This document shows positions 1 through 10,174 of a DNA stretch of 64,000 nt, piece by piece; within the stretch, counting starts at the first letter, position 1; each line of letters opens with the position of its first letter. Below the pieces are notes generated by a model. The model saw nothing but the letters and a program-made list of their open reading frames with translations, did not search any database and was not told the origin of the DNA. The position numbers and the translations under genes were made by a program. The stretch comes from Pseudomonadota bacterium (GTDB taxonomy: Bacteria; Pseudomonadota; Gammaproteobacteria; UBA1113): positions 35,820-99,819 of the forward strand of contig JAJYCX010000003.1 in NCBI GenBank assembly GCA_021778015.1, read 5' to 3'.

Positions 1-320
1 GGTAGAAGTTCCATCAAATGCTCAGTGGCCAATTGATAAAATAGAGTTTGATTGTTGTCTAATAATGAGTTTAAAAATATATTTTTTGTGAGAGGGTCAT
101 TGTAGTTTTGAAATTGTTTATAGGCTCTAGCCACTTGTTCATTTAGAGATTCCACTCTAACGGGTAATTTTCCCAGTAAATTAAATAAAATACGTTCCTT
201 TTCACTAAAAGCGGTGCCTTTATTTAATTGTGGCGTGGTTAATAAGGGTTTCCCCCACAAAGAAGTGATAACAATCGTTTTACCTGTTTTGGCATCGATG
301 CTATATTTAAAATCTAGCAT
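1..320 (-). CDS. maeA: NAD-dependent malic enzyme, N-terminal part (runs off window edge)
   Basis: Not in the ORF track. Hand translation from ATG at 320 gives MLDFKYS...GKPLLTTPQLNKGTAFSEKER...LP..VESLNEQ..RAY...NQTLFYQL, matching the MaeA/SfcA N-terminus; AAGGAG RBS upstream. Confidence 0.9.
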   Translation of the reverse strand, partial: MLDFKYSIDAKTGKTIVITSLWGKPLLTTPQLNKGTAFSEKERILFNLLGKLPVRVESLNEQVARAYKQFQNYNDPLTKNIFLNSLLDNNQTLFYQLATEHLMELL

Positions 321-335
321 AGTAATATTTTCTCC

Positions 336-1124
336 TTATACAACTTTCTCGCTGTTATCTTCCCACGGCAAATGGTGGTATAAGGCGTTTTCTGACAAAG
401 TGAAAATAGGGTATTTGATAATTTGAAAGAAAGGCGAGTAGTCGAAATCTTTAGGGGTGTAAAGCCTAGAATTTCCAGGTGCTATCTGAATGTTTTGATC
501 GGAACTTTGTTTGATAATGGGCAAAATAGGAAATTGTACGGAGCGAAAAGCCTCTGCAATTAAAGTAGAACAAATTTGTCGGGTAGAGGAGCTGTCCTCA
601 GAGAATAGGGAAGAACGCCAATGCCTAGGAAAAAATTTCCAGGGTAAGAAAAAACGCGCTAAGTCTAGAGTTTGTCGCACGTCATATTGATAGCCCAAAC
701 GCTCAACAGCATAAGCAATAACATTTTGTGCATCTGCTTTAGAAATGCCATTAGGTCTACAAATACGTATATGCTCCATTTTGTATTTTGCTAAAGGCGA
801 AACAATGGTTCCGCAGCCTAATAAACTTTCTATTACCAGTTGTTCTGTGGGTTCACCATCATAATACTCTTTTATTTTTTGGCGCAGAATGGGGTGTTCT
901 ATATCGTGCAAACGGCCTATGTACAATACTGCATGTGACCACGGGCTTTGGGTGATGCTTTTGGTAAAGTCGCTGATGCGAGACCTACCTTCGACCAATA
1001 GTACATCCGCAGGCCTGATTTCATAGGACAACTTATCAAAGTCACAGATGGGCACGTTAGTCCGTGGTTTTTCGTGCATTAAATAGGCAGTAATCGACTT
1101 TTGTAAGCGTTCAAATAATTTCAC
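336..1124 (-). CDS. YiiX/YebB-like permuted NlpC/P60 (papain-like) protein
   Basis: Motifs PADVLLVEG, SPWSHAVLY, LGYQYD and ICSTLIAEAF (His before Cys, permuted order). Confidence 0.8.
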   Translation of the reverse strand: MKLFERLQKSITAYLMHEKPRTNVPICDFDKLSYEIRPADVLLVEGRSRISDFTKSITQSPWSHAVLYIGRLHDIEHPILRQKIKEYYDGEPTEQLVIESLLGCGTIVSPLAKYKMEHIRICRPNGISKADAQNVIAYAVERLGYQYDVRQTLDLARFFLPWKFFPRHWRSSLFSEDSSSTRQICSTLIAEAFRSVQFPILPIIKQSSDQNIQIAPGNSRLYTPKDFDYSPFFQIIKYPIFTLSENALYHHLPWEDNSEKVV

Positions 1125-1397
1125 AGCAAAACACCTTAATTTAGAAACTCCATAGTGCCTTAGTATAGTTTAATTTTTGTCTCCTGTGCACTAGCTCAAG
1201 CAATACTTTTTTTACCTCGACAAGGTTGGTGAACGAGGATGACAAACGCGCGTAACTTGGGCAACACCATCGTTGCCAACAATGATGTTAGGTCTATAAG
1301 TCAGTGGTTAGCACAATAAATAACCATATTTAAAACTTGAGTTTATTCCCTTGGCACGGTATGATTCAACCTTCATTGGTCACACGAGGATAGTTGC

Positions 1398-2288
1398 ATG
1401 TTTCACGGCAGTTTAGTTGCCTTAGTCACTCCCATGGACGAAGAGAGCAATATTGATTACACCAGTTTGGAAAAATTAATCGCTTTTCATATAGAGCAAA
1501 AAAGCGATGGTTTGGTCATTGCTGGTACAACCGGTGAAGGCGCAACGCTTACTGATGAAGAAATTAATAAATTAATTCATTTTGTAGTGCGTAAAGTCGA
1601 TTCCCGTATTCCAGTTATTGCGGGCACGGGCGCCAATAGCACACATAAAACCATAGACAAGACCTTCAATGCTATGGAAATGGGTGTAGACGGCTGCCTG
1701 CTAATGACGCCAGCCTATATTAGACCGACTCAAGAAGGTTTATACCAACACTTTAAGGCCATCAGTGAAGCGGTTCCGGTGCCACAAATTTTGTACAATG
1801 TTCCTACCCGTACTGCTTGCGATATGTTACCTGAAACGGTGGCAAGATTGGCCGATTGCAGTAATATCATCGGCATTAAAGAAGCGGTACACGATAGAGC
1901 GCGCTATCTGCAATTAATTGAATTATGCGGTTCACGCTTGAGCATTTTGAGCGGTGATGATAGCAGCTGTAAAGACTTAATGCTGGCTGGCGGTAAAGGC
2001 GTTATTTCAGTGACCGCCAATGTGGCACCTAGGCTAATGCACGATATGGCCGAGGCAGCATTGCAGGGTAATAAAGCTAAAGCCGATGAGTTAGATAATA
2101 AAATGCAAGCATTGCATCATGCTTTGGGTGTACAAACTAATCCTATACCCGTGAAATGGGCTGTGCATCAGCTGAAATTAATCCGTGCTGGCATACGTTT
2201 ACCGTTAACGGTGCTTTCCAAAGAGCATCATAATACTGTTTTACAGGCTATGCAGGAAGCTGGCATAAAGGAAGAAATGAATGAATAA
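1398..2288 (+). CDS. dapA: 4-hydroxy-tetrahydrodipicolinate synthase
   Basis: GTTGE, LYNVPTRT, IIGIKEA, NPIPVKWA motifs. Confidence 0.97.
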   Translation: MFHGSLVALVTPMDEESNIDYTSLEKLIAFHIEQKSDGLVIAGTTGEGATLTDEEINKLIHFVVRKVDSRIPVIAGTGANSTHKTIDKTFNAMEMGVDGCLLMTPAYIRPTQEGLYQHFKAISEAVPVPQILYNVPTRTACDMLPETVARLADCSNIIGIKEAVHDRARYLQLIELCGSRLSILSGDDSSCKDLMLAGGKGVISVTANVAPRLMHDMAEAALQGNKAKADELDNKMQALHHALGVQTNPIPVKWAVHQLKLIRAGIRLPLTVLSKEHHNTVLQAMQEAGIKEEMNE

Positions 2289-2664
2289 AAAAATGAAATT
2301 AGGGGCGCTTTTCCTACTGAGCAGCATACTATTGGGCTGTAGCGTAGAAGGCAAAAACGATTATGGTAGTTATTATCAAAAACAAGAAAGTTTAAACGTT
2401 CTTAAAATGCCGCCTGGAGTGAGCGCACAAGGAGCCGATAATTATTATGTAGTGCCCGCTGGGCCTATGGCTGATGTCAAGACCATTTCTATTTTGCCTC
2501 CAGGTAGCCGTGCTTATCAATCGGCTGTGGCTAAACAAAATGCTAAAACTGCGACTACAACGCCTGCCCCAGCCGTTACCACAACGGCACCAGCTGTTAC
2601 TAGCACACCAGCCGTTATCAATGACAATAGCCCTGATAAGACTGTAGGAGCAGATAAGCAATGA
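2281..2664 (+). CDS. Short BamC/NlpB-like lipoprotein
   Basis: Lipobox LLGC; conserved position between dapA and purC; LKMPPG motif; Thr/Pro/Ala-rich tail. Confidence 0.6.
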   Translation: MNKKMKLGALFLLSSILLGCSVEGKNDYGSYYQKQESLNVLKMPPGVSAQGADNYYVVPAGPMADVKTISILPPGSRAYQSAVAKQNAKTATTTPAPAVTTTAPAVTSTPAVINDNSPDKTVGADKQ

Positions 2665-3365
2665 CCGAATGTCTAGAGCTTTATAAGGGCAAATCCAAGA
2701 CGATATACGATATAGGTGAGCCTAATGAATTGTTGGTTCAATTTCGCAATGATGCCACTGGAGGCAATGGAGCAAAGCACGCTATTTTAGAGGACAAAGG
2801 TCGCGTTAATTGCGCTTTTGATGCTTTCATCATGGCTGTGTTGGCGGAAAATGGTATAAAAACACATTGGCTAAAAAGTGTAAGTGATACTGAAATACGG
2901 GTGCGACGTTTAAACATGTTGCCTATAGAATGTGTCCTGCGCAATAGAGCCGCGGGCGGCATCTGCAAACGTCTGGGCATTGAGCGGGGCAGAATCTTCT
3001 CGCCGCCTGTATTTGAATTTTTCTTGAAAAATGATGCTTTGGGCGATCCTATCATCACCGAAGATCATATATTCATGCTAAAATTAGCCAGCAAAGAAGA
3101 TCTGGCTGCCATGAGAGCATTGACCTATCGTGTTAATGACATTTTACAACCCGTATTTGCCAAGGCAGGCTTTGATTTAGTCGACTTCAAATTGGAATTT
3201 GGGTATTATCAGGGACAATTGCTATTGGGTGATGAATTTACTTTAGATGGCTGCCGTTTATGGGACAAACAAAGCGGTGAAATTTATGATAAAGATCGTT
3301 TCCGCCAGGATTTAGGAGATGTAATACATTTCTATAAAGAAGCGGCAAAACGTTTGGGGATATGA
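2661..3365 (+). CDS. purC: SAICAR synthetase
   Basis: LYKGKSK, LVDFKLEFG, DKDRFRQDLG motifs. Confidence 0.96.
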   Translation: MTECLELYKGKSKTIYDIGEPNELLVQFRNDATGGNGAKHAILEDKGRVNCAFDAFIMAVLAENGIKTHWLKSVSDTEIRVRRLNMLPIECVLRNRAAGGICKRLGIERGRIFSPPVFEFFLKNDALGDPIITEDHIFMLKLASKEDLAAMRALTYRVNDILQPVFAKAGFDLVDFKLEFGYYQGQLLLGDEFTLDGCRLWDKQSGEIYDKDRFRQDLGDVIHFYKEAAKRLGI

Positions 3366-3367
3366 AA

Positions 3368-3530
3368 GAAGTCAACAAAGCCTAAAGGTCAAATGCGAAG
3401 AATATATATTCACAGCAGTTGATTTTTAGGCGAGGCGACGAGCTCGCGAGCACCAGGAGTGTAGTATTCTACATGACTGGGGCGAGATGGGCGAAGTCAA
3501 CAAAGCCTAAAGGTCAAATGCGAAGAATAT
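3368..3530. repeat. Family A palindromic element (~123 bp, 3407-3529) preceded by a duplicate of its right end
   Basis: Imperfect 25-bp terminal inverted repeats TATTCACAGCAGTTGATTTTTAGGC / GCCTAAAGGTCAAATGCGAAGAATA; an identical 38-bp segment occurs at 3368-3405 and 3493-3530. Confidence 0.85.
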
Positions 3531-3535
3531 TTATC

Positions 3536-3627
3536 GGAGAGGTACCGAAGCGGTCATAACGGCACCGACTCGAAATCGGTCGGGGGCTTTACGCTCCACG
3601 CGGGTTCGAATCCCGCCCTCTCCTCCA
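3536..3627 (+). tRNA. tRNA-Ser (anticodon CGA)
   Basis: Acceptor GGAGAGG/CCTCTCC, anticodon arm ACCGA-CTCGAAA-TCGGT, long variable arm, T-arm GCGGG-TTCGAAT-CCCGC, encoded CCA. Confidence 0.95.
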
Positions 3628-3649
3628 TTACTAGGACTGTGCCATAAAC

Positions 3650-4816
3650 ATGATCATAGACTCGTTATTAGACACCGACTTTTATAAATTAACCATGATG
3701 CAAACGGTATTGCACCAATTCCCGGGTGCAATGGTGGAATATAAATTTAAATGCCGCAATGCGAATATAGATCTAAGACCCTATGCGGACGAGTTTCGTC
3801 AGGCAATCAATGATTTGGCCACATTATCTTTCACGAAGGACGAATTAGACTATCTGCGCGGTATTCCTTTTTTTAAAAGTGATTTTGTGGAGTTTTTACG
3901 TATTTTTCGTTTTAACCCAGAATTTGTCACTATTACTACCGGAGAAACCTTTGAATTATCTATCAAAGGACCGTGGTTACATACTATTTTATTTGAAATT
4001 CCAATTTTAGCACTGATCAATGAAATTTATTATCAACATAAAGAAGATTATAAAACACTACTCATTGATGGGCAAAAAAAGTTGCAAGATAAAATCAAAA
4101 TGCTTGCAGAAAAAACACAAGGTGAAGCTTTTGTGTTTTCAGAATTCGGCACCCGTCGCCGTTTTTCTAAAGCATGGCAAGCTTTAGTTTTAGATACTCT
4201 CAAAAATAAATTAGACCATCAACTAACCGGAACCAGCAATGTTTATTTTGCCAAAAAATTAAAATTAAAACCTATAGGCACTATGGCACATGAATACTTA
4301 CAAGCCTGTCAAACTTTAGGGCCACGCTTAATTTACAGCCAACAATTTGCCTTCGAACGTTGGGCGCAAGAATATCGTGGTGAATTGGGTATTATTTTAA
4401 CTGATGTGTATGGCTTAGATGCTTTTTTACATGATTTTGATTTGTATTTTTGTAAATTATTTGATGGTGTGCGTCATGATTCGGGCGATCCTTTCGTTTT
4501 TGGTGAAAAAGTGATTGCACATTACGAAGCACATCGCATCGATCCTAGAACGAAAACATTGGTGTTCAGCGATAATTTAAATTTTGACATTGCTTTGCAA
4601 ATTTATCATCATTTTAAAGGTAGAGCCAAAGTGGCTTTTGGTATAGGGACCTATCTGACTAATGACATGGGCATAGATGCAATGCAAAATGTGATTAAAA
4701 TGATTTATTGCAATGGTCACCCGGTAGCAAAAGTATCGGATACTCCGGGCAAAACTATGTGTCCCGACCCACATTATTTGAACTATTTAAAACAAGTATT
4801 TGGCTTGGAGCCGTAA
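3650..4816 (+). CDS. pncB: Nicotinate phosphoribosyltransferase
   Basis: [33 protein letters not shown] motifs. Confidence 0.96.
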   Translation: MIIDSLLDTDFYKLTMMQTVLHQFPGAMVEYKFKCRNANIDLRPYADEFRQAINDLATLSFTKDELDYLRGIPFFKSDFVEFLRIFRFNPEFVTITTGETFELSIKGPWLHTILFEIPILALINEIYYQHKEDYKTLLIDGQKKLQDKIKMLAEKTQGEAFVFSEFGTRRRFSKAWQALVLDTLKNKLDHQLTGTSNVYFAKKLKLKPIGTMAHEYLQACQTLGPRLIYSQQFAFERWAQEYRGELGIILTDVYGLDAFLHDFDLYFCKLFDGVRHDSGDPFVFGEKVIAHYEAHRIDPRTKTLVFSDNLNFDIALQIYHHFKGRAKVAFGIGTYLTNDMGIDAMQNVIKMIYCNGHPVAKVSDTPGKTMCPDPHYLNYLKQVFGLEP

Positions 4817-4820
4817 AACC

Positions 4821-5429
4821 ATGGATATGGATTTAACTCAATTTGGGATCAATGACCCAGGTGTACTCATGGCCGGCGTAGATGAAGTAGGGCGTGGTCC
4901 TTTAGCCGGGCCGGTAGTAGCCGCGGCGGTTATTTTAGATAAAGAAGTTTCTATTCAAGGGTTAAAAGATTCCAAGCTATTAAGCGCTAATAGAAGACGA
5001 CATTTAGACTTGGAAATTCGTGACAAAGCATTGGCCGTAGCCATAGGTTGGGCGGAAGTGGAAGAAATTGATCGCCTGAATATTTTACAAGCCGCTTTAT
5101 TGGCGATGCACCGTGCTGTGGAAGCCTTAGCGTTACAACCCACTTTAGTACTAGTCGATGGCAATCGCTGCCCCAAGTGGTCTTATGAGAGCCATGCCAT
5201 TATAGGTGGCGATCAAAAAATATCTGCAATTTCGGCTGCATCGATAGTTGCTAAAGTATATCGCGATCAAATAATGATAGATTATCACCAACAATTCCCA
5301 CAATATGGTTTTAATCAACATATGGGTTATGGGACGCTATTACATAGGCAAGCGCTACAGCAACATGGAGCTTGCGCTATACACCGTCGTAGCTTTGCAC
5401 CCGTTAGAGAGGCATTAGCAGCAGAATGA
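4821..5429 (+). CDS. rnhB: Ribonuclease HII
   Basis: [28 protein letters not shown]; first ATG (4821) preferred over the track's 4800 start. Confidence 0.95.
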   Translation: MDMDLTQFGINDPGVLMAGVDEVGRGPLAGPVVAAAVILDKEVSIQGLKDSKLLSANRRRHLDLEIRDKALAVAIGWAEVEEIDRLNILQAALLAMHRAVEALALQPTLVLVDGNRCPKWSYESHAIIGGDQKISAISAASIVAKVYRDQIMIDYHQQFPQYGFNQHMGYGTLLHRQALQQHGACAIHRRSFAPVREALAAE

Positions 5430-8400
5430 AAGCGCCTGCATTTGTGCATCTCAATTTACACAGCGATTATTCTTTAAAAGATGGGTTATGCCATTTGGAT
5501 GCTTTGTTTGACTTATGCAGTGAAATGAATATTGCCGCATTGGCCTTAACCGATTTAAACAATTTATTTGCTGCCATTAAGTTTTATACTAAAGCGCTTA
5601 AGAAAGGCATTAAACCGATTATAGGCTGTGATATAGAATGTTATGATACTATAACCGACGAAAACAAAAAAGCAAAACTAACCTCAGCCAAACCGGCGTA
5701 TCATTTAACCTTATTGTGCCAAAATAATGGTGGCTATCGTAATTTAATACAGTTAGTCTCCAGTGCCTATAATCAAGGGCAAGTTATTTTAGATAAACCT
5801 GGCATAGCTCGGGATTGGCTCAAAGCACACAATGAAGGACTTATCGTATTATCTGGTGGACTAGCGGGCGATGTAGGACAGTGTATTTTAAAAAAAGACC
5901 TCGTTGCCGCTAAAGAATGCATTTCCTATTGGCGCTCTATTTTTGGTGATCGCTATTATCTAGAAGTGCATAAAATAGGGGTTGCTGATGAAGACTACTA
6001 TTTAAAAGAAGTGGTCCAACTGGCGGCCGAACTACAAGTGCCCATAGTAGCTACCAACAAAGTGCGTTTTTTAACTGCGCAACAATACGAGGCGCATGAG
6101 GCCCGAGTCTGTATCAGCGAAAGCGCATTGTTGAGCGACCCTAAACGCGTACGCCATTATACGCCACAACAGTATTTGCGCAGTGATGATGAAATGCAAA
6201 AATTATTTGCAGCATTCCCTTCAGCACTAAGCAACAGCGTGGAAATTGCCAAGCGGTGCAATTTACACATCGCCCTAGGTGAATACCATCTGCCACATTA
6301 TCCTGTGCCAGAGAACTTTAGCACTGAAAGTTATTTAGAGCATATGGCTAAAACGGGTTTGGCCGATCGCTGGGCTGCGATCACGGCATTTAATGACGGT
6401 ATTTTGCAACGTCTAGACTATGATGAACGCTTAGAACGCGAATTAGCGGTGATCAACGGCATGGGTTATACCGGTTATTTTTTAATTGTGGCTGATTTTA
6501 TCAATTGGGCGAAAAACAACGATGTGCCTGTAGGCCCAGGTCGTGGTTCAGGTCCAGGTTCGTTGGTGGCATACTGCATAGGCATTACCGATTTAGATCC
6601 CTTAAAATACGATTTACTCTTTGAGCGTTTCTTAAACCCAGAACGCGTTTCTATGCCGGACTTTGACGTGGACTTTTGTATGGAAGGGCGCGATAAGGTT
6701 ATTGAGTATGTAGCCAGTCGTTATGGCCGTCACAGCGTATCGCAGATCATCACCTATGGCACCATGGCTGCAAAAGCAGTTATACGGGATGTGGGTCGTG
6801 TGTTGGGTTATCCCTATGGTTTTGTAGATACCATCGCTAAACTCATTCCTTTTGAATTAGGCATTACCTTAGAAAAAGCTTTAGCGCAAGAAGAGATATT
6901 ACGTCAACGTTACGAAGAGGAAGAAGATGTACGCTCCTTAATAGAGCTTGCTTTGATATTAGAAGGCAGCGTGCGTAATGCCGGTAAACATGCTGGTGGC
7001 GTGGTGATTGCGCCGTCGCAGATCAGCGATTTTGCTCCAATCTATTGCGAAGCGGGCAGCGATGCTTGGGTAACCCAATACGATAAAGATGATGTAGAAG
7101 CGGTGGGGTTGGTCAAATATGACTTCTTAGGTTTAAGAACCTTGACCATTATCAAATGGGCCGTAGAGGCTATACATAAACAACAACGTAAAAAGCAAGA
7201 GACTTTATTGGATATCGCTTTGATCGATCTTAATGATCAAGCAACTTTTGAATTATTACAAAAATGTCAAACTACGGCAGTGTTTCAGCTAGAATCGCGT
7301 GGCATGAAGGATATCATCAAACGCTTACAACCAGATTGCTTTGAAGACATCATCGCTTTGGTGGCTTTATTTAGGCCAGGGCCATTGCAATCGGGCATGG
7401 TAGAAGACTTTATCAATCGCAAACAGGGCATAGCCGAAGTGGCTTATCAGCATCCCGATCTATTGCCGGTATTAAAACCGACTTACGGTATTATTCTGTA
7501 TCAAGAACAGGTGATGCAGATAGCACAAGTGTTGGCAAATTATACCTTAGGCGGTGCTGATCTATTACGTCGCGCTATGGGTAAGAAAAAGCCTGAAGAA
7601 ATGGCTAAACAAAGACAGATTTTTATTAGCGGCGCGAAAGAGCGTGACATAGACGAAAAACTCGCTAATGCTATCTTTGACTTAATGGAAAAATTTGCAG
7701 GCTACGGTTTTAATAAATCGCACTCTGCGGCTTATGCATTATTAGCCTATCAAACGGCTTGGCTAAAAGCCCATTATCCGGCAGAATTTATGGCGGCGGT
7801 ATTAACTTCTGAATTGCAGGATACCGATAAATTAGCGGGTTTGATAGATGAATGTAGACAAATGAACTTAACGATAATACCACCTTCTATTTACAGCAGT
7901 GCATATCCGTTTACCGTCAATGAAAACCATGCCATAGAATATGGTTTAGGCGCATTAAAAGGCGTAGGTGAAGGCGCAGTAGAAGCGATTTTATTAGCGC
8001 GAAAGCAGAAGCAATCATTTAGCTCTTTTTACGACTTTGTCGCTAGTGTGGATTTAAAACGAGTGAATAAACGGGTCTTCGAAACCTTAATCAATAGCGG
8101 TGCTTGTGATAGTTTTGCGGTAGACAGGGCTGTTTTACTGGCAAGTCTACCTACGGCATTATCTTTAGCGGAAAAGAAAGCACAGGAAAAAAGTCACCAG
8201 CAGGGTAGTCTATTTGCCTTATTGGGTGATAGCCCAGAAACTGCATATATCATGGCACCCGCCTGGAATTTAAGGCAACGCTTACAAGCAGAAAAAAACA
8301 GCTTTGGCTTTTATTTTTCAGAGCTGCCTATTAGCGCTTATAGAGCCGAGATAGATGCTGTATTCAAAACGCGTATAGCTGGATTATCTAGTGGTGATTA

Positions 8401-8893
8401 TCAAAAGATAGCGGGCTGGGTATTGGATGTGCGCACGCTCATGACTAAAAAAGATGAACGTATGGCGATTATAAAACTAGCAGATGAAACAGGGCAAATT
8501 GATGTCACTGTATTTCCGGATTTGTATCAAGAATTACGCTCTATTATTCAAAAAGATTCCTTATTGGTTATAGAAGGCGATACTAACATAGACGAATGGA
8601 ATGGCAATTTACGTATGACTTCTAGAAAACTATGGGGTTTAGAAGACTTTAGGCAAATTCATGTGAAGCATATAGAATTATCTCTACACGATAAAGATTG
8701 CTCAGCACAAAAATTACAAAACATTCAAGCCATTTTAGGAAAGCATAATCATGGCTCTACTGCAACGCGCATTTGCTTTTCTACACACAGTGCTATGGCT
8801 CAACTGGCTTTAGGTGAGTCTTTTCAAGTGAGTCCCAGCGATGCTTTATTGGATGAACTGGGGCAGTATGTGGCAGTGAAACTAGTGTATTGA
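5426..8893 (+). CDS. dnaE: DNA polymerase III alpha subunit
   Basis: PHP domain [34 protein letters not shown]-terminal OB fold. Confidence 0.98.
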   Translation: MKAPAFVHLNLHSDYSLKDGLCHLDALFDLCSEMNIAALALTDLNNLFAAIKFYTKALKKGIKPIIGCDIECYDTITDENKKAKLTSAKPAYHLTLLCQNNGGYRNLIQLVSSAYNQGQVILDKPGIARDWLKAHNEGLIVLSGGLAGDVGQCILKKDLVAAKECISYWRSIFGDRYYLEVHKIGVADEDYYLKEVVQLAAELQVPIVATNKVRFLTAQQYEAHEARVCISESALLSDPKRVRHYTPQQYLRSDDEMQKLFAAFPSALSNSVEIAKRCNLHIALGEYHLPHYPVPENFSTESYLEHMAKTGLADRWAAITAFNDGILQRLDYDERLERELAVINGMGYTGYFLIVADFINWAKNNDVPVGPGRGSGPGSLVAYCIGITDLDPLKYDLLFERFLNPERVSMPDFDVDFCMEGRDKVIEYVASRYGRHSVSQIITYGTMAAKAVIRDVGRVLGYPYGFVDTIAKLIPFELGITLEKALAQEEILRQRYEEEEDVRSLIELALILEGSVRNAGKHAGGVVIAPSQISDFAPIYCEAGSDAWVTQYDKDDVEAVGLVKYDFLGLRTLTIIKWAVEAIHKQQRKKQETLLDIALIDLNDQATFELLQKCQTTAVFQLESRGMKDIIKRLQPDCFEDIIALVALFRPGPLQSGMVEDFINRKQGIAEVAYQHPDLLPVLKPTYGIILYQEQVMQIAQVLANYTLGGADLLRRAMGKKKPEEMAKQRQIFISGAKERDIDEKLANAIFDLMEKFAGYGFNKSHSAAYALLAYQTAWLKAHYPAEFMAAVLTSELQDTDKLAGLIDECRQMNLTIIPPSIYSSAYPFTVNENHAIEYGLGALKGVGEGAVEAILLARKQKQSFSSFYDFVASVDLKRVNKRVFETLINSGACDSFAVDRAVLLASLPTALSLAEKKAQEKSHQQGSLFALLGDSPETAYIMAPAWNLRQRLQAEKNSFGFYFSELPISAYRAEIDAVFKTRIAGLSSGDYQKIAGWVLDVRTLMTKKDERMAIIKLADETGQIDVTVFPDLYQELRSIIQKDSLLVIEGDTNIDEWNGNLRMTSRKLWGLEDFRQIHVKHIELSLHDKDCSAQKLQNIQAILGKHNHGSTATRICFSTHSAMAQLALGESFQVSPSDALLDELGQYVAVKLVY

Positions 8894-9035
8894 TAGCACA
8901 CGACTGTATATTTTAAAGACACTGTAAAGGTGTATAGCAATGCAAATTACCTTCCGGTCGATAAAATCATTGTTTTTTGCCTTTTTTTTATCTAAAATAC
9001 CCTTTTCAATTATATAAATAAGAGGGTATACAATA

Positions 9036-10088
9036 ATGGCTGTAAGCAAAAGCGATTTAAGTGCAATCACTGAACAAAATCTTCAAAAAACCATCAGAAG
9101 CTATAAACGAGCAATTAGGAACGGTGACATTCATTTTACGCCCAAACTATTTGAGATATATGCACAAAATGGAATGAATGATGAAGTGTTTGCATTATCG
9201 CAAGCAACTTATGGATTGGCGCTGTATTTTATAAAGAAAAAGGATATGGAAAAAGGAATTGCCTTATTGGAATATACAAGCAGTCTATGCGGTGATCTTA
9301 AATCAATGCTCATTCTATTTGATCATTATGCGTCGAACCGTTTGCGAAAGGATGATCCCAAATTTCTTAAGTTGCGGGATAATATGTATAAGTTGGCCGA
9401 GCACTATCAAGCAAAGGCTGAAATCAATACTGATAAAGAGATAAGGTTTCAGTTCTATGATAAAGCTATAGAATAGTATTATCGTATAGCAATACTAGGC
9501 AGTAATGATGCTATTTACAAATTAGCGCAGTGTTATGAGCATAGTTCTACGCCACAATATGATACTGCTCTCGAATTATATGAGTTGGCCAGTATGCGCG
9601 ATCATTTAGGTGCACTGTATCGCTTAAGCGAAATATATTCAGAAAATATACAGTATGTCAGACCGATAAATTGTATAGCATTAGCAAATAAGCTATATGA
9701 ATCAGCACAATTTTACCAAAAGATACCGGGTCTAGAAAATAGAGCACATGTTAAGAAATTATATGAATTAGCTGCACGTTTTGGACATGTAGAAGCTAGA
9801 GAACAACTATTCTTTTTAAATATTGAGAATCAAATTTTCTTGTCTTTGTCTTTAGCCGACACGAAGCAAGAAACCCCCGCAACCAAAGTAGATGCTAGGA
9901 CGGAAGAAAGCAAATCTGCCAACCCTAAACCGATTTATACAGAAGATAAAACGCCAAAAGGAAAAGAGAATCAGTTTCCAAATACAATGGCCATAAATAG
10001 ATTTGGGGTACTTTCAAATGCTAACAAGCCTAATTTTGAAATACCATGCGGACCATTGGAAAGCAATATTTCTCAGCTAGGTTGCTAA
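9036..10088 (+). pseudogene. Sel1-like repeat protein (~350 codons) interrupted by one in-frame TAG at 9474-9476
   Basis: ORFs 9036-9476 and 9585-10088 share a frame and the gap is open: DKAIE*YYRIAILGSNDAIYKLAQCYE; a later repeat reads LYELAARFGHVEA. Confidence 0.75.
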
Positions 10089-10120
10089 TTAAAAGGGATT
10101 CAAGGTTATACAGTTTGTTG

Positions 10121-10146
10121 TGTGGACGGTTTGGAAATCGTCCACA
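10121..10146. terminator. Hairpin between convergent genes
   Basis: TGTGGACGGTTT-GG-AAATCGTCCACA stem-loop. Confidence 0.5.
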
Positions 10147-10174
10147 TAGCATGGATTAGATAATCATTTCTGCG

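Noticed and set aside
214-426. 70-aa plus-strand ORF
   Set aside because: Antisense to maeA and the YiiX-like gene; shadow ORF.
1200-1395. Possible lysine riboswitch upstream of dapA
   Set aside because: No recognisable L-box core; only a CGAGGATGACA family D remnant and weak hairpins.
3368-3530. Two identical 38-bp repeats as a mini CRISPR array
   Set aside because: Only two copies, an 87-bp spacer that is itself repeat sequence, and no cas genes.
3536-3650. tRNA-anchored genomic island
   Set aside because: pncB follows directly; no integrase or duplicated tRNA 3' end seen in the window.
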